Assembly (NCBI GenBank): GCA_050012475.1
Contig: JBEKHC010000004.1
Span: forward strand, 32,001-96,000
DNA from: Candidatus Velthaea sp.
GTDB lineage: Bacteria > Vulcanimicrobiota > Vulcanimicrobiia > Vulcanimicrobiales > Vulcanimicrobiaceae
Length of the DNA: 64,000 nt
Reading direction: 5' to 3'
The notes beneath the pieces are model-generated. The model was not told where the DNA came from, did no database searches, and saw only the letters and a program-made list of their open reading frames with translations. The position numbers and the translations under genes are program-made. Position 1 is the stretch's first letter. Each line of letters begins with the position of its first letter. Positions 1 through 8,523 of the stretch are shown one piece after another.

Positions 1-842
1 TGCACTGACTTCGCTAATTTCAAGTCACTTTGCAACGCTTAGAGATTAGTTTTTATGATCTTGCTCATGCCCACGTTTGTAGATATGCCGAGTGTTCGAC
101 TTCGCATCTTTTACCGCGATACTTTAGATCTTAGTTTAGCCATCCGATGCGTGAGCCGTCACCTATTACGAGAGCGCATGCAAGCAGTAAGTCCGCAAAA
201 CCTAAGCGCTGAATTCCGACACAGACGCAACGAACGATCCGGACTGCACCTCCCGGGCTCCCTTCAAGTTCCGGGCAAATAGCTCGCGCAGGGCTGCACC
301 GATTCTCGGTCCCATTGCTGCACTCCATTTAACTGTTGCGTCCACGCTGGCCTTAGCAGACCGGCAGACGGACTCGCTTCTCGACTCCGCTATGTATATT
401 CCCCGGCCGAGGTTGTCAGCGCCTCCGGCGGATCTCGCCATTTACCGCCCCAGGGAAGAGTATCACCCTGAGCAAGGGTTCGCTTCGCCCTGCACCGCTA
501 CTAGGGTTGCGGTCGACGGTTGACGGCGACATCAACGGCAGACGGCACAGCGAAGCCCCACTGGCGCTTTCTTCACGCTCGGTTTTGCCGATTTGCGCCA
601 CCGCCGGTGCCGAAGACCTCTTGGACGCGCCACTACTGGAAGCGCATGCGGCGAGCGGATCGTCGAGGGAGTTCCGCCGTTTGATTTCGAGCGACCCTTT
701 GCGTGGCGGAAACCATTACGGGGCGCGCGTTGCATTTTGGCGTCTTAATGGACCCCTTTTGGGCGAGACACGCCGTCTTCATGTAGCCGTGTCGCCGTAA
801 AGCGTGATCTGCCGTGGGAAGCGTCGAAGGCGGCAGAAGCAT

Positions 843-1580
843 ATGCGGATATCCGTCGAGCTTGTGCCTCGTAATCAGACTGCCATTGTTCGCGATGCGC
901 ACTTCCTTCGGGAACGGTTCGGCTGGGTGACGATGCTCAACGTCCCCGATCTGCTGCGCTTCCCGCTACGCAGCTGGGACGCATGCTCGGCGACGGCTTC
1001 CATCTACCGATCGTCAGTCCCGCATGTGCGGGCGATCGATATCCCGCCGCACGAGCCGCTTGCCATGCTAGAAACTATTCTCTCGGCCGGACTCAAGGAA
1101 GTCCTCGTCGTCAGCGGCGATCCGCCGCGCGATTTCGGCCACGTGGCGTATCCGCAGTCGAGCGTCGATGTGATACGACGCTTCAAACGCGAGTGCCCGC
1201 AACTCTCAGTCTACGCGGCCCTCGATCCGTACCGCCAGGGCATCCGTGCGGAGTGCGATTACGTCGCACGGAAGATCGAGGCCGGCGCGGACGGCTTCTT
1301 TACCCAGCCGTTCTTCGATTTGCGGCTCCTCGAAATGTACGCCGAACAGCTTGAGAAGCAGGTCGTGTTCTGGGGTTTGACGCCGATCGTCACAGAAGGC
1401 GCGCGGGCTTACTGGGAGACGACCAACAGAGTCGTCCTTCCGCGTTCGTTTCGGCCGACGATGGAGTGGAACCGGGAGTTTGCACGCGACGTTCTGCGAT
1501 TTGTGAAGTCCAACGACTCTAACGTTTACTTGATGCCGATCAAGGTCGATCTCGCGGAATACCTCGATGGCTTAATGTGA
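843..1580 (+). CDS. metF: Methylenetetrahydrofolate reductase (short MetF-type)
   Basis: Motifs SVELVPR, PHVRAID, VVSGDPP, KIEAGADGFFTQPFFD; ATG at 843 preferred over GTG 804. Confidence 0.8.
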   Translation: MRISVELVPRNQTAIVRDAHFLRERFGWVTMLNVPDLLRFPLRSWDACSATASIYRSSVPHVRAIDIPPHEPLAMLETILSAGLKEVLVVSGDPPRDFGHVAYPQSSVDVIRRFKRECPQLSVYAALDPYRQGIRAECDYVARKIEAGADGFFTQPFFDLRLLEMYAEQLEKQVVFWGLTPIVTEGARAYWETTNRVVLPRSFRPTMEWNREFARDVLRFVKSNDSNVYLMPIKVDLAEYLDGLM

Positions 1581-1610
1581 GCGCACCGTGATGGGGCTTG
1601 CGCTAAACTC

Positions 1611-1636
1611 TGCACGAAAGGGGATTCTTTCGTGCA
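1611..1636. terminator. Hairpin between convergent metF and sigma genes
   Basis: TGCACGAAAG-gggatt-CTTTCGTGCA perfect 10-bp stem. Confidence 0.6.
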
Positions 1637-1704
1637 AGTGTACACATTTGCAGCTCGAGAAGCATTCGTGGTGACTGCAGGCCTCGCAATGAGCCGTCGA
1701 AGCA

Positions 1705-2568
1705 TCATGCCCTTTCGTATTCGGCGATCTCCATCACGTGGGCCGCGAAGAGGAAGTCGCGGATCCGGGCGATCTTCTCGCCCCTCCATTCCAGGAGCAT
1801 GAAATAGCGCGGCGCGCCGGCGAGGTCGTTAGGATCAAGAACGAGGATCGCGGCACGTCCGTCCACCGACCCGGGGACGAGATGCCAGTGGTGCTCCGCC
1901 GCATATCGGTCAAAGTACTCGCCAACCTTTTCGCCTTGTATCTGCAGCCGATTCACCAGGTCCAGCCGCACGTCGTCCGCGAGCATCCTCCGGACCGCGT
2001 CGAAGTCACGTGCATTGAACAAGTCCACGTAGGTCGCAAGCCTGCGACGCTCCGGCTCGGTGAGCGTTGGCGCCGGCGCTTCCTCCGGTTCGCACGCGAT
2101 TTTGCGAAGGCGTCCGCGTCCGCGTTGCAGCGCGGACTTCACGGCCGGCTCCGTCGCATCGATGATCGCGCAGATTTCGCTTACCGAATAGCCGAGCACG
2201 TCCTTGAGGATCACCGTGCCGCGTTGGAAGACGGGGAGCCGCATGAAGGTGCGTAAGCCAGCCGCGGTGATTTGTCGTTCGGCGAGCTCATCGTCCGGAT
2301 CGACGATGTTCTCCAACACCTCGGCCGGGGTGAGCTCGAGACGCGACTTTCGCCGTAAGTAATCCAGCGCTGTGTTATGGGCGAGGCGAAATAGCCACCC
2401 CGATGGGTTCGTGACCACCGCTGTGCGCGGAAGCGCCTCGACCGCCTTCACGAGCGCATCCTGAAGGATGTCCTCGCCGTCGATGACGGAGCCGGTCATC
2501 CGCGCGCAATAACGGTGAAGCTGTGGACGCAGCGTCGCGATCTGCGTCTCTAGACTCTCTTGGTCCAC
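1705..2568 (-). CDS. ECF sigma-70 factor with C-terminal SnoaL-like extension
   Basis: Region 2 LHRYCARMTGSVIDGEDILQD..WLFRLAHN, region 4 LKDVLGYSVSEI..VKSALQRGR, extension YVDLFNARDFDAVRRMLADD. Confidence 0.9.
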   Translation of the reverse strand: MDQESLETQIATLRPQLHRYCARMTGSVIDGEDILQDALVKAVEALPRTAVVTNPSGWLFRLAHNTALDYLRRKSRLELTPAEVLENIVDPDDELAERQITAAGLRTFMRLPVFQRGTVILKDVLGYSVSEICAIIDATEPAVKSALQRGRGRLRKIACEPEEAPAPTLTEPERRRLATYVDLFNARDFDAVRRMLADDVRLDLVNRLQIQGEKVGEYFDRYAAEHHWHLVPGSVDGRAAILVLDPNDLAGAPRYFMLLEWRGEKIARIRDFLFAAHVMEIAEYERA

Positions 2569-2692
2569 CCTAGTCCCATTTGTTCTCCTCCGCGCTTAAA
2601 TATTCTTTGCCCGGCTCCGATTCGTTTGTTCCTCTCGAATCGTCATCATAGTGAAGCCAGCAACAAGAACGGCAGCCTAAGGAGTAGACGAG

Positions 2693-3271
2693 GTGGGCAG
2701 AGTCATCGTCATCCAGTTCATTACGCTCGACGGCGTGACGCAGGACCCGGACGGGACGGAGGGATTCGTGCACGGCGGCTGGGCCTTCCGCTTTGGTCCC
2801 CAAGCCGTAGCGGGCGACAAGTTCAAGCTCGACGCATTGCTCGACCGGGGAACGCTGCTGCTCGGACGGCGGACGTGGCAGCACTTCGCAGAGATCTGGC
2901 CGTCTCGAACCGATGAGTTTTCACAGAAGATGAACGCTATACCGAAGTTGGTCGTGACGCAAACTCTCAAGAGCGTCGACGCTTGGACCAACTCGACGAT
3001 TCTCGCGGGCGAACTCATCGAGGAGGTACGTCGGCGCAAGGATCAAGAGGAGCTCATCGTCGCGGGCAGCGACGACGTCGTCCAACTGCTGCGCCGGCAC
3101 GATCTCATTGACGAGTATCGCCTCCTCATCTTCCCGATCGTGCTTGGCGAGGGCCGCCAGCTCTTTCCGCAGGGCCGGAGCCCGATGTCGTTGCTTGAGT
3201 TCCTCGACGTCGAGCGGTCCGGCGCAGCCTCTCTGATGCGGCTGGGACGATCCTTTGCGTCGGAGTCCTGA
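2693..3271 (+). CDS. Dihydrofolate reductase / RibD C-terminal domain family protein
   Basis: ITLDGV, LLGRRTW, LIDEYRLLIFPIVLGEGRQLF; divergent from ECF sigma, a common pairing. Confidence 0.85.
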   Translation: MGRVIVIQFITLDGVTQDPDGTEGFVHGGWAFRFGPQAVAGDKFKLDALLDRGTLLLGRRTWQHFAEIWPSRTDEFSQKMNAIPKLVVTQTLKSVDAWTNSTILAGELIEEVRRRKDQEELIVAGSDDVVQLLRRHDLIDEYRLLIFPIVLGEGRQLFPQGRSPMSLLEFLDVERSGAASLMRLGRSFASES

Positions 3272-3429
3272 GCGGCTTCGCACGTGTTCGCGGGCCGCGC
3301 CTGGTTGGCTACGCACGCGTCTTGACGGGCGAACAAACGACGGCGCTAACGCCGCATCCCGCGATTGCTTCGGCGTGAGCTTCTCTCGCACGATGTTCGC
3401 CATGATTCTCAGTTTGCGAGCCGTAGTAT

Positions 3430-3800
3430 ACCTTTGAAGCCGCCTCGCGGGTCTTCGCGCTCGACGTGCAGCTCGGCCCCGGTGATGCCCCACACGGTGC
3501 CCGTGTGGCCGTTGTCGACGCCGGCGAACGCTCGCGCGCATGATGACCCGCTCGCCGATCGCGAACGGCACGTGCGTCCCGAGCTCCGGGCGCTGGGCAA
3601 GCTCGCCGGCGACGACGTTCGGCTCCGGACGATGGACGGCGTTCACTTCGCGAACGGCATCGGCCGGATCGAGAGTTGCCGGCGTCCGCGCGAAGGCGAC
3701 GCCCTGCTGGACTTTCTGCACGATGTGCAGCGTGTCGCCGGCTCCGACCGCTTGGAACTGGTGGTCGTCCACAAGCCGTGCCTCGGTGCAAAGGCTTGCG
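3430..3800 (-). pseudogene. Relic of TraA-like relaxase/RecD-type helicase domain
   Basis: DDHQFQAVGAG, FAIGERVIM and, after a frameshift, GVDNGHTGTVWGI resemble TraA helicase motifs; boundaries approximate. Confidence 0.5.
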
Positions 3801-3916
3801 CCCAGCGCTCGTGCCTGAAAACGTGCTACAGCGAGCCAGAACGACGGCCCCGGGGGACACGAAGCCGACGCCGCAATTCAGACCCCTCCGCCGCCGGTTT
3901 CCCTCAGCGCGACCGG

Positions 3917-3952
3917 CTTAGCGTACAAATTTCCGTTTCTTGAGGTCACCCC
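3917..3952 (-). mobile_element. Tn3-family terminal inverted repeat (family A, 36 bp)
   Basis: Reverse complement GGGGTGACCTCAAGAAACGGAAATTTGTACGCTAAG, Tn21-like GGGG..ACGCTAAG pattern. Confidence 0.85.
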
Positions 3953-3961
3953 GGATTTGGT

Positions 3962-4130
3962 GCACTTCCCGCCCTGAGGGCCGAGACTTCACGGCTAAAA
4001 ACCATACGCGACGTACTTCCGGCGCTGGGGCCGAGGCTTCACGGCTACCCCCGTAAAAAAACATTCGAGAGTACTTCCGGCGCTGAGGGCCGACGGTTTA
4101 CGGCTACCTCCGGTAAAAAACCACTCGAGT
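3962..4130. repeat. Three imperfect tandem repeats (51-60 bp) with hairpin core
   Basis: Units at 3962, 4013 and 4071 share a GTACTTCCGGCGCTGAGGGCCGA..ACGGCTA-like core followed by an A-run. Confidence 0.9.
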
Positions 4131-4233
4131 TGTAGCGTTCCGAAGCGACCGTCGAGGCGATCGTGGCAGCGAACGATGAAACCGCAACGTCTGCTACGAT
4201 GGAGGAAATCCGAAGAGGGGTTTGCCGACTTCG

Positions 4234-4650
4234 TTACTTCGCGCGAACGCGGTTATTCTTTTGGTGGTGCTCCAACTCGGCCAGTCCCAATGCCTCGAGC
4301 ACCGGCGGCACGTACATCCCGAAACGACCTCGCAAGCCCTTCTTCATGCCGTACCAGCCCTTCACCGGATTGTCGGTTGCACGCCCCCACGCCTCGACCG
4401 TGCCCTCCGCGGCAGGTTTTTGCTCGTCGGCGCTCCCCAGCGGCATCCATTCTCCATGACCCTTGAGCATCGCATGGAGATCTTCGATACACCGAAGCTG
4501 GTAACGCAACTGCGTCTTACCGACCTGCACAACGAGCGCCGGCGGGTCAAATGCGAGGTCCCGCCACGCCTCGTAATCGGACGTTCCCGGCGGCGTTTTC
4601 AATCGCCAGGGTGATTCGGGGGTGCCGTTCTCCGGGTCGGTTGTCGCCAT
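4234..4650 (-). CDS. Conserved hypothetical protein (DUF6855-like)
   Basis: PWRLKTPPG, VEAWGR..NPVKGWYG..KGLRGRFGMYVPP, NNRVRA; ATG 4650. Confidence 0.75.
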   Translation of the reverse strand: MATTDPENGTPESPWRLKTPPGTSDYEAWRDLAFDPPALVVQVGKTQLRYQLRCIEDLHAMLKGHGEWMPLGSADEQKPAAEGTVEAWGRATDNPVKGWYGMKKGLRGRFGMYVPPVLEALGLAELEHHQKNNRVRAK

Positions 4651-4783
4651 AGTCAGCTTCTTTCCGCGCGCCTCAAGCTGCGCAGCAATCTCTCGAAGTG
4701 CGGGCCGCACATGCGCAATCCGCACGTCCGGGGCCCGGGGCCGTGGTCGCCATCCGAAGGCCACCGCAGTTCATGCGGGGATT

Positions 4784-4804
4784 GTAACTCCTATGTTACC
4801 ATGA
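4784..4804. promoter_or_regulatory. Imperfect second copy of putative ArsR operator
   Basis: GTAACtcctATGTTACCATGA matches the palindrome at 5531-5556. Confidence 0.55.
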
Positions 4805-4827
4805 AGCTACCCAAGCTTTGCATCATT

Positions 4828-5250
4828 TCAAACTTTTGCATGGCTCGCCGCCGCAGCGAGCACCAGATCCCAAGATCGAACATACGCCGGCGCGTTGCGG
4901 GTGAACAGATCGGAGCTCGCGGCACCGGCGCCATGAGTAACGGTCACGCGCGTTCCGCCTTCGGCGGCCTCGAACCGGACTTCGACGTGCGTCGCGTTGG
5001 CGCGGTCGGTCCCCGGAAACCAGTCCAGGACCAACCGGCGCGCCGGCTCGAAAAGCCGCACTACTCCCAAATCCACTTCAGAACCGTCACTAGCGCGTTC
5101 AAAAAAGCGGCCGGCGGCCTCGATGCGAATGGCGCTGGCGGGGTCGCTGGTGTGACGACGGTCAGCCGGCCACCATTGGCCGGCGTGCTCGGTGAACAGT
5201 TGGAACGCCCGCTCGACACCGCACGGCAGAACGACGCTTTTTGTGATCAT
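4828..5250 (-). CDS. SRPBCC/AHSA1 domain protein
   Basis: ERAFQLFTE..QWWP, FEPARRLVLDW, VEVRFEAAEGGTRVTVTH; TAATG overlap with arsR. Confidence 0.85.
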   Translation of the reverse strand: MITKSVVLPCGVERAFQLFTEHAGQWWPADRRHTSDPASAIRIEAAGRFFERASDGSEVDLGVVRLFEPARRLVLDWFPGTDRANATHVEVRFEAAEGGTRVTVTHGAGAASSDLFTRNAPAYVRSWDLVLAAAASHAKV

Positions 5251-5534
5251 TATCGAGCCAGTTCCTCGAGCTGCGATAAGGCGACGTCCCAAAAACTATC
5301 GATGTATTCGCGCACCGCTCGAAACCCCTGAACCCGAACGGCGTAAACATTTTGTGTTCCGCGATCTTCTGGGCTCACTAATCCGGCGTTTTGGAGCACG
5401 CGCAGATGTCGTGAAATCGCTGGTCGACTGACGGCAAAGCGCCGCGCCAGCGCCCCGACCGGCATGGGTGCGCGACGCAATTCGTTCAAAATCTCGCGGC
5501 GGGTCGGATTGCCCAGCGCATCTAATGCGTTCAT
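5250..5534 (-). CDS. ArsR/SmtB family transcriptional regulator
   Basis: ALGNPTRREIL..SRPAISRHLRVLQNAGLV; ATG 5534. Confidence 0.9.
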   Translation of the reverse strand: MNALDALGNPTRREILNELRRAPMPVGALARRFAVSRPAISRHLRVLQNAGLVSPEDRGTQNVYAVRVQGFRAVREYIDSFWDVALSQLEELAR

Positions 5535-5556
5535 GGTAACATGAATGTTACCATGA
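5531..5556. promoter_or_regulatory. Putative ArsR operator (12-2-12 palindrome)
   Basis: TCATGGTAACAT-GA-ATGTTACCATGA overlapping the arsR start codon. Confidence 0.75.
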
Positions 5557-5731
5557 TTCGGCTTTTCTCGCCAGCTTGCAAATTGCAGCGGTGAGGACAA
5601 AGCAAGATCGCATTTGCGGAGGATACCGCGATCGCAATTTGGGGAGCATACCGCGATCGCATCGAGTCGAAAGATCGGTCGGCCGCGGCTGCGGCGGAGC
5701 GATCGTCCGTCGCGGTCGTCGCCGCCTTCTG

Positions 5732-5813
5732 GGGGTTGACCCGACACTCGTACCACCAGGGGCCATCTGAAGGCCGACTGAGTCGTCAGAGCGCGAGACG
5801 AGCGTTCATATCG
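5732..5813 (+). repeat. 82-bp direct repeat, copy 1
   Basis: Matches 13631-13712 with 2 mismatches. Confidence 0.9.
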
Positions 5814-5850
5814 GGGTGACCTCAAGAAACGGAAATTTTTGTACGCTAAG
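5813..5850 (+). mobile_element. Tn3-family 38-bp inverted repeat (family A)
   Basis: GGGGTGACCTCAAGAAACGGAAATTTTTGTACGCTAAG. Confidence 0.9.
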
Positions 5851-6055
5851 CAGATCGCGCACAGGGAAGCGACCGGCGGAGGGGTCAGAATTGGCCTTGG
5901 GCGACCCGCTTGTCGCCTGCTTCTGCGCCTCTCGGCAACGAGATCCCGAACGGTAAAATCCATCGCGAGATCCTTGTCCGACGATCGGCTCGCGCGCTGC
6001 ACGAACCCCTCGAAGCCTTCGGGGAAGACCCGCGGCTCATCACGGCGTGATACTT

Positions 6056-6324
6056 GGGGTGCCATCAAGAAACGGAAATTTACAACCGCTTCGTCATTGT
6101 CTGGTGGCGGATTGGCCTGAAGCCGCGCTCGCGCGAACTCTGTTCCAAGGGTCGCTCTCCGGGACTGCGTGAAAACGTGTTCAAGCGAGCCAGATGAGCG
6201 AGCCAGATGACGGGCTCCCGAGGGCGACACGAAGCCGGCGTCGCATTTCCGAGCCCTCCCCCGTCCGCCTCCCTCAGCGCCACGGGCTTGGCGTACAAAA
6301 ATTTCCGTTTCTTGAGGTCACCCC
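6056..6324. mobile_element. Non-autonomous Tn3-derived miniature element (TIME/MITE-like)
   Basis: Divergent IR 6056-6093 (GGGGTGCCATCAAGAAACGGAAATTT..) and inverted IR 6287-6324; no credible ORF inside; no target duplication seen. Confidence 0.6.
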
Positions 6325-6457
6325 ATTCCGCCCAGGACCAAAACCCAGCAGCGGACCCCGGTCTATGGTCTTTACCGTGCGGCTGACGTATGCGTATCTC
6401 GGGAGTCCGAGCGGCGCCGACCGAGGACTCGAACTCCAGCCGAGGCGTCGGCTGTAC

Positions 6458-6503
6458 TTGACACTATAACGTAACGGCGTTATGTTATATCGTAACATCG
6501 TTA
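6458..6503 (+). promoter_or_regulatory. Sigma70 promoter overlapped by putative TetR operators
   Basis: TTGACA-17bp-TATGTT; TAACggcGTTA and TAACatcGTTA palindromes. Confidence 0.7.
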
Positions 6504-6514
6504 TGGAGAATATC

Positions 6515-6877
6515 ATGGCAATCAGTCAGTGGATGACCCTCGTGCTCGCGGCAGCGATCGCTTTCTTCGGGCTCCGCGCGGCCTTCGATCCGCGCGGGGC
6601 GGCGCTCGCCTTCGGGGTCCCGATCCCGGAGGGGACCGTTCCGACCCCATTCCTCGAGGTGAAAGCGAACCGAGACGTCGTTCTTGGCATCCTGTTAGTT
6701 GTGTTAGCAACAGCGGGCCGCTCCGGTCTCGCTTACGCACTTTTCGCCGGCGCAATCGCTCCCGCTGCCGACGCATGGAATGTCTCGCGCCACGGAAAAC
6801 TATCCGCTACTACCGTTCACCTCGCGACGGTGGCGTACATGATCGTAGCGGGGGCCTTCGCCGTCTTAGGGCATTGA
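6515..6877 (+). CDS. DUF4267-like small membrane protein
   Basis: Hydrophobic helices, PRGAALAFGVP, KANRDVVLG, ADAW..HLAT; GGAG upstream. Confidence 0.7.
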   Translation: MAISQWMTLVLAAAIAFFGLRAAFDPRGAALAFGVPIPEGTVPTPFLEVKANRDVVLGILLVVLATAGRSGLAYALFAGAIAPAADAWNVSRHGKLSATTVHLATVAYMIVAGAFAVLGH

Positions 6878-6878
6878 G

Positions 6879-7256
6879 ATGTTCGAGGTCGTTCTTTTGT
6901 GCCACGTCCTCGCCGCCATTGGGGTCGGTCCGATTTTCGCGCTGCCGTTTCTTGCCGATACTCCTACCGCATTGCATGCCGTCCTCGTTATGCTTCGCTT
7001 CACTGCAGGCGCGACGCTCGTGTCCGGGATACTGCTCTGGATCGTGCTCAAACCGGTTCACCCCCTCTGGCTTTACGCGTCGTCAGCCTTGTTTCTAGTC
7101 GTGATCGCGGCGGTCGGCTTTGCCCTCGCACCGGTCGCCAACCGAATTTCCGAGGAACCGAAGATGCGTAGCCGCGTCCGTTGGGTCGGCGTCGCTGCAT
7201 CGGCGCTCACTCTGTGCATCGCCGCTCTCATGGAGCTGCGGCCGATTTGGGCGTGA
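6879..7256 (+). CDS. Hypothetical membrane protein
   Basis: About four TM segments, HVLAAIGVGP start; tightly packed between neighbours. Confidence 0.65.
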   Translation: MFEVVLLCHVLAAIGVGPIFALPFLADTPTALHAVLVMLRFTAGATLVSGILLWIVLKPVHPLWLYASSALFLVVIAAVGFALAPVANRISEEPKMRSRVRWVGVAASALTLCIAALMELRPIWA

Positions 7257-7849
7257 GAAAAGCCGCGGCGTCAAAGCAAAAACTTCGTGGAACGTCGCGC
7301 GACGACATCCTTGATGTAAGCCGGGCGATCATCGAGGACGAAGGCGTCGAACAACTCACGATCCGTCGCATCGCCGAGACGGTTAATCGTACGCAGCCCG
7401 CGGTGTACCAGCACTTCGCAAGTAAAGATGCGATACTGGAAGCTGTCGTTACCGATGGCTTTACCGCGCTCGTTGAGCGCCTAAAGCGAGCTTCTGGCGC
7501 AGGCAAGACGTCGTCGCTAACCGCGATCGCCAATGCATACCTTCGATTTGGATTTGAACGGCCTCGACTTTACGATCTCATGTTCGTGGGGCCACCCGCA
7601 ATCACGTTCGGCCCAGGCGCCGATACTCCGATCCAGGCGCGCACGGCTTTCGACATCCTTGCGGCTGCTATTACCGATTCCGGCGTAACGCCAGATCAAA
7701 CCGCGACGGTCACAGAAGTCGTTTGGGCGTGCCTGCACGGCCTGGTCACGCTCTCGATCACGAGGCGTCTTCGGCCGGGTCGAGCTTTGCAACAAACGCG
7801 ACTCGATCAACTTCTTGCTGCGATCGTTGCGATGACGGCATCCACGTAA
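7253..7849 (+). CDS. TetR/AcrR regulator with WHG-type C-terminal domain
   Basis: LTIRRIAETV..PAVYQHFASKD, WACLHGLVTL; GTGA overlap. Confidence 0.9.
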   Translation: MRKAAASKQKLRGTSRDDILDVSRAIIEDEGVEQLTIRRIAETVNRTQPAVYQHFASKDAILEAVVTDGFTALVERLKRASGAGKTSSLTAIANAYLRFGFERPRLYDLMFVGPPAITFGPGADTPIQARTAFDILAAAITDSGVTPDQTATVTEVVWACLHGLVTLSITRRLRPGRALQQTRLDQLLAAIVAMTAST

Positions 7850-7852
7850 GCA

Positions 7853-7943
7853 ATATCGCGTGCAGACCTGGCTTCGTTCCTGGTCGCGCAGCTTTCTCAA
7901 GGACGACTATCTCAATCGATCCGTCGCCATTGCGATGGGCTAA
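7853..7943 (+). pseudogene. C-terminal relic of NAD(P)-binding oxidoreductase
   Basis: ISRADLASFLVAQL then frameshifted DDYLNRSVAI. Confidence 0.45.
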
Positions 7944-8204
7944 GGTCTCGTTTGAACGAATCGTAGCGCAATGCATTCACGCCGCTTGCGGTATGCGTGA
8001 TTACCCGCAGACGGGCTTGTTCTGGCGAGGTATCGTTTATTCCCAAGGAGAGGTATGCGAGCAAACCTCGGAGCCCAAGCCGGCAGACGACTTGCGATTG
8101 CCTCCGGCAAGTTGGTGGCGCGGACGATGTCGCGCACGCCCCATTCACCGCGGACGGCATGCTGCTCTGGTCGCGGTGAAGAGCATCCGAACGCCTCAGC
8201 AATC

Positions 8205-8523
8205 TCAGCTGAATTTTTGGACCAGAAGATTCAATCGATGCTCGGCTCCTGCAGCCGGTATACGTTCAGATTGCACAAGGACGGCCAGTCCATGCAACGC
8301 GCTCCACAGCACCTCTGCCACAACTACCGGCTCTGGCCGATCTGGCCCAAGCGCGGAGACCAACGCCTCGAACGCGCCGCGAAGGGCTGTCGGCGTTTCC
8401 TCGCTGGCGAACTTGATCTTCGTCGGCAGAACGAACATCGCTTCGTATACGACCGGCTGCGTGCGAGCAAAATCGAGATAGACGGCACAAACGTTGCGCA
8501 AAACGTCCGGACCGCCAGCGGGG
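8205..8523 (-). pseudogene. N-terminally deleted TetR (WHG-type) regulator
   Basis: [23 protein letters not shown] present, HTH absent; abuts broken tnpA. Confidence 0.75.

Noticed and set aside
1..842. Riboswitch or genes upstream of metF
   Set aside because: No recognisable consensus; the short ORFs lack motifs and RBS
3962..4130. CRISPR array
   Set aside because: Linkers are short and similar to each other rather than unique spacers; repeats are imperfect; no cas genes in the window
3962..4130. Hammerhead ribozyme or SAM riboswitch
   Set aside because: CTGAGGG is not CUGANGA, no GAAA core, and no SAM-I consensus recognised
5606..5661. Short 24-25 bp tandem repeat (GATCGCA..ATACCGC)
   Set aside because: Only about two degenerate copies; no supportable function
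5808..6329. Single clean 512-bp insertion 5813-6324
   Set aside because: Flanks ATATC and ATTCC do not match, and an additional IR lies inside
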